Shown here in pieces: positions 1 to 10,202 of a stretch of DNA of 64,000 nucleotides (position 1 is its first letter; each line of letters begins with the position of its first letter). The stretch spans positions 930,001-994,000 of the forward strand of contig MU058059.1 of assembly GCA_013265495.1 (NCBI GenBank), written 5' to 3'. A program made the translations under genes and the position numbers. This stretch comes from Vicugna vicugna. Taxonomy: Eukaryota. Below the pieces are notes generated by a model that was given only the letters and a program-made list of their open reading frames with translations, did not search any database and had not been told where the DNA came from.

Positions 1-824
1 GCCCCTCAACGTGTGCACTGACATCACTCTTGCTGATGGAAGTTCAGCCCCTGTGACAGCGCGCAGAAACCCCAAACGAGTCTTCCCTGACTGTTTGGAA
101 ACTGCCGTTTTCAAATGCTGCTCTTTCTGGTCCTGTTTCTGATCCTGCCAATGGCTGATGTCACTGGGCGTCTGAAACTGCTCAGGCATCCTTCCTGACC
201 CAACACCCCCATGGGCCCCAGCTCCCCTCCGGGAGTCGCAGTGATGGTCTGGCAATGATGATCAAAGAGCAGTGGGGGCATTTCGGAATCTCCAGGGGGG
301 AGAGGGAGGCATTTACCCAGATGATATGCTGCACCCCTGACGGCGGTGCGCTCTCCCGCCACACCTGAGCATCCTCTACCCAGTGCGGGTCACCACCGGG
401 TATCACTCTATCAGGATGCGTTTCGGTAACTCGCCATGGACCTAGTTGAAAGTTATGTATCTATCTTCTATGTGATTTCCTTTATCGAGCGGAACCTGAA
501 CAGCGCCTTCAACTTAGCCCTGACTCTTTACACAGCCCCCGGGTTATTCATTTACAGCAGACCTGGGCTGAGTCCTCCAGCACCCGTGGGACTCGGTGGG
601 TAGCGGCGGGATTCCGGGCTGGGCTCCGACTGCTCCGGCCACATGGTGTTGTGCCTAACCCTGGGCCGGGCGGTGTTCCCCCCACACACAACCTCGTCAC
701 GCATCGGCACAGACAATAAATGAGGCTCTGAAAGTAGGACCACTATTGCAGCAGCCGTCTAACACTGCTTCGGACCGCAGCCCCGAACATGACAGGGACG
801 TGTGTTCTATGCCGAGGTACACAC

Positions 825-1388
825 CTCTTCCTCTGAACTGTCACTCGGGTCATTGTCTAGTGAGGCACTCAAGGAGGCCGCCTTGGGCTCCAGGTAGCAG
901 AGGCACAGAGCCAGAGGGAAGGAGAGAGTGAGGGCATATGGCACTGAGAAGGAGGCGGAGAGCAGGAAGAAGAAGATGAAGAGGAAGCAGGGCACGAGGG
1001 AGGGCGAGCGGATGGGGAGGAAGTGCTGCCAGCTCTGGGGCAGGAGGCTGGTCTCGGACAGGCTGGGGAAAGAGAGGTAGCCGTCGTCATCCAGCAGAGA
1101 AGGGAAGGACTCGGGGAGCTGCAAGGAGAAGGAGAACAGGGTGGCCCCTTTGCCCGTCTGCTGCTTGTAGCTAAAAGCCACGTCCTGGTCCCCTCGGCAC
1201 GGCTTCCCTCGGCCGTCGGGGTCCGAGGCAGGCTCCCCGTGCAGGTGCCCGGGGTCCCGGGACGGCTCCAGCCCCGGTGGGGGGCGCTGGTTCTCCTTAC
1301 ACCTCCGGCGGAGCCCGGGGGGAGATGCTGGGGGATGGTGGGCCGATGGGGGGGGCAGGGGACATGAGTCAGTGCCAAGCCCGGGTGA
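825..1388 (-). CDS. EPB41L3: EPB41L3 large alternative exon 13 (564 nt, 188 aa) SPGLGTDSCP...DNDPSDSSEEE
   Basis: Long pyrimidine tract plus catcag| acceptor, GAG|gtgtgt donor, phase 0-0. Matches the U2-region insert of long 4.1B isoforms as I recall it. Confidence 0.93.
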
Positions 1389-1687
1389 CTGATGAGAGAG
1401 ACAGAGACAGAAAGCAGCAAACAGAGGTGCAAAAGGACAAAAAGAAAACTGCAATTAGTTAACTTCCTTGTGGGCATCAATACAAAACCGTAAAACGAGA
1501 AATTCAGCACTAGGGTTGTTCAGGGATTTTAAAGTATTCAAGCTGCATGCCAACGCGGCCACGAACGGCCATCGTTTTCCCACTGGACAGTCAAATACAG
1601 GGTGGGCTTAAAAAAAAGTCAGAACAGAAGGTATCTGTGGGTAATCTCAATGTCTACATGTTTCACACGCTTCAGAAATTTTGTTTA

Positions 1688-1783
1688 CAAGGTCCTGGGT
1701 TCAATCTCCAGTGCCTCCGTTAAGGGGAAAAATAAATATAGGTTTAAAAAAAGACTGTTAAAAATAAAAATAAAAATAAAAAA
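1688..1783 (+). mobile_element. 5'-truncated camelid-type tRNA-derived SINE
   Basis: aggtcctgggttcaatctccagtgcctcc (B-box-like) followed by an A-rich tail; approximate flanking repeat aaattttg(t/c)tta. Confidence 0.75.
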
Positions 1784-4714
1784 GCCCAAAATTTTGCTTA
1801 GACCAATAACTCTAGAAATTTTTAGGGTGTTGAGAGCAAACGTAAAACCAAGACTTTCAATAACTTCTCCTGATCTCCAGCTAACAGATCCGTTACTGGA
1901 GTTCGGCTGGATTCAAAGGAGAATGAATCCAAATTTTGATTATTTTAGACAAAATCTCTAGCATTACCTTTTCCTTGGTTAGTCGGTTATATCTGAAACA
2001 GGTGGGTTTCCAAATCAAGATGTTTCTGGCCCCACTCCTATCTGACAGGCGGTTCTGATCAGGGAATTCAGCGATGAACATTGTAGGAGCCTTAACTACT
2101 CACAAAGAACTAAGGTTCTTTTGAAAACTCCTCTTTTGGTTCCTTTACCCCGATGCACATGGACCTTAAATAAGTGTTTTCAACCAGCAAAGTAGCAAAA
2201 AAGAACGTGTTTTCCTGTGAGATGGTTTATAAGCGCTCACTTTGTGTTACTTGTGGCCCATGAATAACTGGAAGACACCATTTCCCTGCCTTCTGGTTTC
2301 TCAGCTACGCGCAGCTCGCCTGGTTTGAGTCGTTAAGAGCTCCATCAAGGCAGGCATCCCGTGAAAGTGCTCCCGCTGAGTGCAGGCTTCTGCAGGGAGA
2401 GTGAGGCTCTTCCGCCCTCCTTCCCTGGCCGCTGAGCGAGGAGGAAAAGGAGGAAGCAGGCCAGTGCCAAACAGGACCTGGGCCCCGCACAGAGGCTGCT
2501 ACCGCTGGGAGTTCAAGACCGGGTCACTCGGAGCCTGAAGGTGCCTGGACTTCCGCTCTGTGTGTGTTTAAGCGTGTGCGTGTTTTTGCCTAGTGACCAG
2601 ACAGCACGGATGTTACCCGGCCTGCTTTGGGGCAGTTATCTGATTCTGATTTGGTAAATAAAGAGACCGAGGGTAAGAGAATGCACAGACAAAATTACAT
2701 CATGGATCTGTTAGAATTCAGAAGGGTCTCCTTGTTGGTACTGGACAAGTATATCTTTTCCGAACGCTCACATCTGACTTAAAAGATTGTGTCTTAAACA
2801 AGACCTCGCATGAATCTCACTGAACTGAGGATAACGTTCAAGTTACGAGCTGGCTTCTGCCCACAGAAGGCTGCCCTGTCACCTGGGGTGATCATTAGGC
2901 CAGGAAGACGCCTCCTCTCAAAGAAATCTAGGGGCCAGTCATTTAAGGGCCATTTTCAGTAATACAGTTTCATTTTGGCTGAAAACCGAGTACCCTCTAT
3001 GCTACTTCTTGAAGCGGGAAGAACACAACTACCGCTTTAGCTTCTGTGCTGCTGATGAAAGCGGTTTTTAAAAGACGGCTTCGCCCCGTGGGCGGCAAGA
3101 CAGCCGTCCACCTCCTTGAGCAGAGGCCTCAGCCCCAGCCTTTCAGAAGGCATCTGCGTCGAAGTGCTGGCTTCTCAGAGACCCAGACGGTGCGAGCCGC
3201 AGTCTTGTCCTTTTATTTTCCCACAGCATAAACGACACTGCGTGACGCTGGCCCAGGGCTACATCTTATGTCAACAAATCGCTGATCTTTGAAAATCCAA
3301 TAAAGTGAGACTGTATCTGTGTTTTTTTTTTTTTTTGAGTAAACGACAAGTCATTTACTTTTATGGGCCACTTAATCATATTTACACACCTGTGAGAACG
3401 GAGTGTGGGCGTGGGTGGTATCAAGAAAGCATGGGACACATTGGCTTTTCAAGTATGTCACCTTCTTCTTGGGCCCTACTTAAAACCCGCCTTGAATTAA
3501 TGGAATAGAAATTGTGCAAAAGGAAAATCTGGAACAGAGCACATTTAATAGAGAAGTGATCCAAACACTCTTGCTGTTGGCGCGTATCCTGCTTTTATTT
3601 TTGTGTTTGGTAAATAAACGATCTACCCTAAAAAGGATGGCAGACTGGGTCACTGGGATAGTCTAACATAAGCAGATGGATGGCGTGTTTGCTAGTCTGC
3701 CCATTTAGATGCCACTGTTAAATTCTTCTCAGAAGAAGCATTTTTCTAGAGAGCCCTGGGTAATTCTCTGTCCCGTCTTCTATACCTGAAAAGCCCACGT
3801 GTGAACGAGCACTTCTGAAATTTATCTTAGCTTTAGCATAACCTCTAAAGTTACAGAGCATTTTTATTTGGCTGTTTCCTTTCACTCTGTATTCTGTCCA
3901 CTCCAAGACCCACTCTTGTTTTTCCATTATTATTATGTATAAACCTCCCCACGTGGTGTCTGACTTTTAGCGGAGCTGTTCCGCCACATACAAAACCCCC
4001 CACCAGAAGCAGGTTGTCTACATGCTTTTCTGACTTTCATTTTTCTGAAACGTTGCTTTATAGTGATGGATCTCCAGAAATAAACATAATGTTTAAAAAT
4101 TAACTGAATTTTGGATGAAATGAAGTGACCAAATTTAATAGATAAAACACCTTGGAGAAATTGCTGCCAAGTTCACGCTCTGTCTTCCCCTGAAATGTTC
4201 TGCCTTAATATTCCTTTTCCAAAACATGTCCACTTGCTACCTTGATAATCAGGTTATAGTCATAAGCCTAAGAAAGAGAAGGATGTATAAACACTCAGTT
4301 ACTTGCAGTCAGAAGAGCAGCAATGCAACTGCTGGATACCTAGACAGACGGGACAGTCCGTGGGTAGGAGAATGGGGCCAGAAACAAGGAAAAGAGCTTT
4401 AGTGCAGTTCTGAAACATGAGCCCAAACACGAGAGCGTAACACGCCACCAGACGTATTTTAAGCTATACAGACAGGACAGCTGTTGAAAGTCTTACGTAG
4501 CACCCAAGGTGTTCAATAAACATTTCCAGAAAGTTAAAAAAGGGTCTTTCGGAGGAAAAATGTTGGCACAGGAAATAATAATTTACAGACTGACAATATG
4601 CATGTGACTAAGGCTGCACTAGGAATCGGCCTGACCCCACGCACGCATGCCTGGTCTCCAGCCTCAGCGCCACTCGGGAGCCCTCTGGTCTGCGGGAGGC
4701 AGCCGGGGATGTAC

Positions 4715-4935
4715 CTTGCCCTCGTGCCGTACAGCAGCGGCAGGCGTGGCTTCCTCGGCCTTTTTCCGTCTGTCCTCCTCCTCGTCCCGCTCCTCCTCCG
4801 CCTTCTTCTCCGGAGTCACAGTGGTGATCAAGTTGGTCTGAGAGATGCCCTTTGTTGTGGCGTACTGGCCAGTACCAACCTCTGCAGCGGACACAGAATC
4901 CTTCATGTATATTTCATGGTTTTCATTCACCGACG
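4715..4935 (-). CDS. EPB41L3: EPB41L3 exon 12, with alternative acceptors at 4935 (221 nt, adds ASVNENHEIYMKDSVSAA) and 4881 (167 nt, starts EVGTGQY...HEGK)
   Basis: ttttag| at 4937-4936 and ctgcag| at 4883-4882 are both phase 1 and 54 nt apart; donor AAG|gtacat. Confidence 0.95.
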
Positions 4936-5416
4936 CTAAAAGCGAATACAATTGAAGAAATAAAGTCCGGAAGAGTTAAGTCAGAAGACAGAAGAGCACT
5001 GCCGATCGTCCTGTTACAGAAAAAAATGCCCCTGCAAGACCCCGGGTTTCTCTTCAACAGGGAGGTCAGCACCGCAGGTCCCTGATCTAAGCAATGCCAG
5101 GCTCGTCTTTCTGCGCCAGCCCTAACAGTGTTTCAGCAGGATTCCAAGCTCATCTCCTGAAGCCACCAGAGCACCTGCCATCCACTCTCGGGCCCTCGGG
5201 TGAGGATGTGCTGAGGGTGGGTGTGAGCGGACAGATGGGCGGCCGAGCTGCCGTGGAGCCTGTTACCCCACAGAGCAACCGGGGGGCCCCTGGCACCAGA
5301 CACTCAGGGGCAAATTCCACAACTAGCAGTACTTCCAGTAGACAGACAACTGCTCTGGTGCACTTGGCTTTGAACACACCTTTGGAAGGGCCATTCATTA
5401 ATGAGCACTGAAAGTT

Positions 5417-5460
5417 TTTATTATTATTATTATTACTACTGCTACCACTATTATTATTAG
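5417..5460 (+). repeat. (TTA)n/(CTA)n compound trinucleotide microsatellite
   Basis: ttattattattattattactactgctaccactattattattag. Confidence 0.85.
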
Positions 5461-7129
5461 CGGTTGAAGAGTCTACCACTCCTACACTGCATAAGCTACG
5501 GAAGTAATAACGAACAGCAACCCTCTTGGCAAGAGATTATAGAACTCAGACGGCCGAACTCTGTTCAGCTGAAGTGCAGAGATGATTTAACTGTCACCGC
5601 ACTTGAAAGAGACGACCGCTTTATGCATCCATTCCTTCACCTCTAGTATTCCGGGAAAACCAGACAAAGTTGCTAATGAAATTCATGCAAATGCAGCGCA
5701 TGCAAACGTAAGAGACACAAGACACAGCCTTCGTCCCGGCTAAAATGTCTTAGTGAAAGAGATGCTTCGTTCAGTTGAATTTTTGAAACTTGGTGGTCGT
5801 TATTTTAGGTTTTAGGTACCATAACATTTACTGAAATAATTTAGAAAAGCTGCTTCTCAAATACAGAGCAGCTAATCACAGGCAAAATACAATCTTTCTA
5901 AATCTTTCACATTTTAGGAAGTTTAAAACGTAAATGTAAGGAAAAAATTCTGAAATTGTTTTAATAGTAAATCATTTTACTAAAATACCTTCACTAAGAC
6001 CTTTTTTTTAATCTCTTCCTGCTGATGAAGAAGCTCGTATGAGACACAGTTTCCTAGTGGGCCCATCAGGCTGCTCTACAGGAGATGCAATCTTGCAAAA
6101 AGCAGTTTCTCTTCCAACATGCAGCCACGGCCCCCAGTGCAGCAGCACAGAAAACATTCGAGAATCGGCAGGACCCCAAAGAATGAGAGACAAAACATAC
6201 TAACATCACTTTTGGGCAGGGAGAGAGAGACAGCATGATATTAGTACATTTATTTCACAATAGTCTTCTGTCTTCTCAGCCATCACTGTATCACACAACA
6301 GGTCACGAGGAAAACGACATTCACAACAGATGTGTCCCCTTGGGTTCTCATTGCTAAACAAAGTGGGTGGTGTTTGGGGGAACGAGGTGTGATTCTACAC
6401 AAGTGCCTGCAACCCTGCCCGACAGAACACACAACTCAACCACAGAGATTCGTTAAGGGGGAAGACGCCGGAAGAAAGTATCAATGTTAACGTGGAATTT
6501 TCAGTATCTTAATTCAGCTTGAAGTAGTCCTAATAAAACACTTTACCCAAAAGTTTGGCTCCAAGTTAGATATTATGAAAACAGGAGACTCTCAGAGCAG
6601 ACAGAGAACGGTAATTGGCCTCCCAGGGCAGCTCGCAAAAGCCTCCAGGATAATTACCCATGTAACTACTGACATCATTATCATCACCTCGCCTACCTCT
6701 TACTCACTCTCCGCACCTGTCGGGGTAGCCTTGGTCCCATCTTACGGACGACAAACTACTGAAGCTGAGACCTGCAGACTAACTCATTCGCACACGGCGG
6801 CACAGGCAAGGTGCCTGGACCTGGGTCTGAATTTATCCATGCCTGGTGAGCCTTCCTTCCGCTTCACTGACATAATGTGTAATGATAATATAGTGCTAAT
6901 AACACAATTTTGACATCCTCTAGAAATTGTTATAAAGTATTCCATTAGGACAATATGGTCCTTTTAATCATGGGATTTGGGGCACATGTCACCCCAGCAG
7001 CCACACGGGGGTCTGGTGAAAGGGAAGGAAGAACAGAGACCCTATGGTGAGTGGGGGGTGGGGGGCAAAAAAGGTCAGGAGGAAGGTGGTCCCAGGCTCT
7101 GTGACTTTATATGTTTTTGCTTACTATTA

Positions 7130-7347
7130 AAATTGGACTTTGAGATTTGCCAATGTTAGCCACTATATATATAAATAGATTGAAAAAAGTTTCTTCTGTA
7201 CAACACAGGAGACTGTTTAATATCTTGTAATAACCTTTAATGAAAAAAATATGAAAATGAATATATATATGTGTATGTGTGGCTGGGACACTGTGCTGTG
7301 CACCAGAAACTGACACACTGTAACTGACTGTACTTCAATTAAAAAAA
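7130..7347 (+). mobile_element. L1 3' end fragment
   Basis: Typical artiodactyl-type L1 3'UTR end (tgtgctgtgcaccagaaactgacacactgtaactgactgtacttcaattaaaa), similar to other copies in the window. Confidence 0.8.
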
Positions 7348-7478
7348 TTGTACATACATGCTAGAAACTTTCCTTTGTGTGTGCATAGGGCAGGCCTCCT
7401 ACACGACATCTGATCTCCAGGGGCTCTGAATCGGAGGACAGAGCCCTGGCTATGGCTCTGTTGCTATGTTAAGTACTA

Positions 7479-7641
7479 CGGTGGTCCCTCGGTACCTGTG
7501 AGGACAGTCCTGGGACCCCTGTGGATAACCAGAGTCCGCGGATGCTTGAGTCTCCCACAGAAAACGGGGTATGTGGTGCAACAACACAGTCGGCCCTCCG
7601 TATAGTGGGCTCCACGCCCGAGGATACAGCAGCTCCGACTG
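7479..7641. mobile_element. Short MER2/Tigger-like DNA transposon (MITE)
   Basis: The left end resembles the copies at 9889 and 24631 (gtccctcggta...ggacccctgtggata...ggatgcttgagtc) and it ends in ccgactg. Confidence 0.65.
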
Positions 7642-8409
7642 CCCTACGGCCGCGTCTTGTAGCAGAAAGTACACCCGCACGGGACTACGGACGGCGGGAG
7701 AAATCCGTCACACGAAACAAACACCTGCTAAAAACTCACTACCATGTCCTTCCCTGAAAACATCATTGAAGTGATTAAGTGACTCTCTCCCTGGTCCCCT
7801 CACACGTTTGACTTAGCAGCAGAGACCATTTCACAGGCGCTCTCCCCTGTCTGTCTGCCGCAGTAATTAGCATTAACCACGGGGATTTCACGTACAGCCT
7901 TTACTCTGTTAGCTGAATGTAATCCTTTCTATCAGCTATTATCCACTGGCTGATGGAAAGTCACATTTTACTCATAAACATATTTTAGAAATAAGAGACA
8001 AATTTAACTCAGTTTTCTTTCTGAAACAAAGCGTCTAAAACAGACCTGGTAATCACTAAAGATCTGCAGCCGAGGGAACCAACGGACTTATAAATATGTG
8101 GTTATGATATTTAGAATGACAGCATCTTTTCCCAAATTCAGGGCGCCAGCCTAGGAAAGCTATGCTCCTCACTCCCTGAGTACCAGCCTGTAATTTTATA
8201 TAAATCCGCCACCAACAGACATTAGACTCACAAAGTCACTTTTGTTTTTCCGAGGCTGGAGGGGTTATAATTTGCCATTCAGCCAGAGACCAACAAGTGC
8301 TTTGCACTTCACACTGTCCCCGAGGACCTCTGCTCATCAAAGGCTCATGATGGCTTCCTCCTCCTGGGCAGCCACTAGGGATAATGAAGGAGCAGGAAGG
8401 GGTACCTAC

Positions 8410-8585
8410 CTCCATCCAAGCTGCGCGACATGGTGTAACGTTTGCTGGATGAGCGTTCAAAGTAAGGGGCAGGGCGGTCTATCAATGCACTGGCCCGTCT
8501 GGTTTGGGCTTGTGTTCTTCCACTATAACGAAACTTGGAACCCAAGGTAAGGAATTTCTTTGGCGGTGCTTCTGGTAACAACAGT
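8410..8585 (-). CDS. EPB41L3: EPB41L3 exon 11 (176 nt), FERM-adjacent (FA) domain [25 protein letters not shown]...SRSLDG
   Basis: ctctag| acceptor, GAG|gtaggt donor, phase 2-1; [11 protein letters not shown] motif. Confidence 0.97.
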
Positions 8586-9275
8586 CTAGAGATATTAAAG
8601 AAAAAAACATCGGGGAGATTGTTAAGCCAAATACTAAGAATGCTAACTTTTTACTCTGTTCTGAAAGGTAACGTGCTCTGCGAACTAAAGGTTCCAAACC
8701 CAACAAGCCGTGCAATGAATCTTGTCTTATAAGAAAAAGATCAATTCATACAGTGTATTTCAAGTGGTGTCTTCGCAGAGGCTACGAGGAAAATGGCGGC
8801 TGAGTGGGACTAGACACACTTTAACATCCCGTGCAGTGGGAGAGTCTATGGTTCTGCAAACCCAGAGAGCAATTAAGGAGGTCATGTTGGTGAAGAACAG
8901 TGATGATCTGTGATTCTGCAGACACAGATCTGATGGCTTTAGGACTGTTTTGAGCAAAGGAGTTCAGGGCATTGAGAAATGACTGAAATAGAATGGACTG
9001 GACATCTGAAGTGCACCGCCTATGAAAATAATGAAAAGCCACTAAAGATAGTAAAGGGGAGATGAGGCAGGTAAGTATAAGACAAGTTAAGGAAAATCTT
9101 TCAAATTCAGTTGGAAGCTCTTTTAGGATTTAACAAGACATCTGGTGGCAACAAAGCTGAAGGAATAGAAAGGCTACTGTTTCCACATTCTTCTTCCCAA
9201 CAATCTTCCGCACTGTAAGTGATGCCAATTGTTCTCTTTCCTCCTTAGGGAAAAACCAAACTGGTTTCTACCCAC

Positions 9276-9373
9276 CTGAAGAATGTATGGTGTTCTACAC
9301 ATACTTTCCATAAACGCTTGGCAGCTCGATGGTTTGGCAGCTTAAACCCAATGGTGCTTTCAAATTGTTCAAA
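9276..9373 (-). CDS. EPB41L3: EPB41L3 exon 10 (98 nt) [33 protein letters not shown]; end of FERM
   Basis: atttag| acceptor, CAG|gtgggt donor, phase 0-2; [13 protein letters not shown] motif. Confidence 0.97.
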
Positions 9374-9888
9374 CTAAATTTAAAAAAACACATGGAAGGA
9401 CAGAGTGAAGTTTGGAATCGTAAATAACATACAAACAAATAATAGACAAAATCAAAATACCACCCACAGATTTTTTTCTTTACTCCTGAAATCAACTGCT
9501 CCATGCAGGTTTCATGCTACAAACATTCATCCATTAAGAAAAAGAATCTCCTATCGCCTTACAGTGCTGCAGGTACAGATCACCACATTATGCATGCAGT
9601 AAACGTTCCATGTACAAGGATGAATCTTACAAAAGTTAAATGCAAAAAAAGAAGGACGCTTGTGTTCCTTCCAGAGACCACAGGATCTCTACGAAATCCT
9701 GACTTCACCTGGAATGGACAGACATGAATAAAATGTGTGCGGTTCACACTGTTCTCAGGATGACATTTTCTCTGTATCTCATCTGGAAATGTGCATATAT
9801 CCTACGTATCTGATGACCTGGTATCAGATACTGCTGATTTCATTTGTGCATTAACATGTTAAATGCTAACAGCTCTCAATACAGTATA

Positions 9889-10202
9889 TAATTGGCCCTC
9901 AGCATCCGAGGGGATTGGTTCCAGGACCCCCGTGGATACCAAAATCCATGGATGCTCAAGCTCCTCATGCACAATTGCATAGTACATGCGTAATAACTCA
10001 TGTAATCCTCTTGCATACTTTAAATCATCTCTAGATTATTTATACTACCTAATGCAATGTAAATGCTATGGAAATAGTAAAAACAATGGAAATGCTATGG
10101 AAATAGTTGTCTGCATGCAGCAAATTCAAGTTTTGCTTTTTGGAACTTTCTGGAATTTTTTCCCCTACAGATGCAGAGCCCTGGGATAAGGAGGGCTGGC
10201 TG
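9889..10202. mobile_element. MER2 (TcMar-Tigger) DNA transposon
   Basis: gggattggttccaggacccccgtggataccaaaatccatggatgctcaag...tactttaaatcatctctagatta, with inverted termini. Confidence 0.85.

Noticed and set aside
1389..1450. In-frame upstream acceptor (ttgcag at 1450-1449) that would extend exon 13 by 20 hydrophobic aa
   Set aside because: The AG is only about 6 nt from the likely branch A and has no tract of its own; the extension is just the translated pyrimidine tract.
869..1510. 213-aa ORF overlapping exon 13 in another minus-strand frame (possible dual coding)
   Set aside because: It is low-complexity S/P/R sequence with a non-ATG start, as expected from a GC-rich shifted frame, and the splice phases feed only the main frame.
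7587..7641. Imperfect hairpin resembling a pre-miRNA
   Set aside because: It is explained by the terminal inverted repeats of the MER2/Tigger-like MITE.
8401..8409. Tandem donor gtag|gtacc 4 nt downstream of the exon-11 donor
   Set aside because: The +5/+6 GT is part of the normal donor consensus, and nothing in the sequence indicates it is used.
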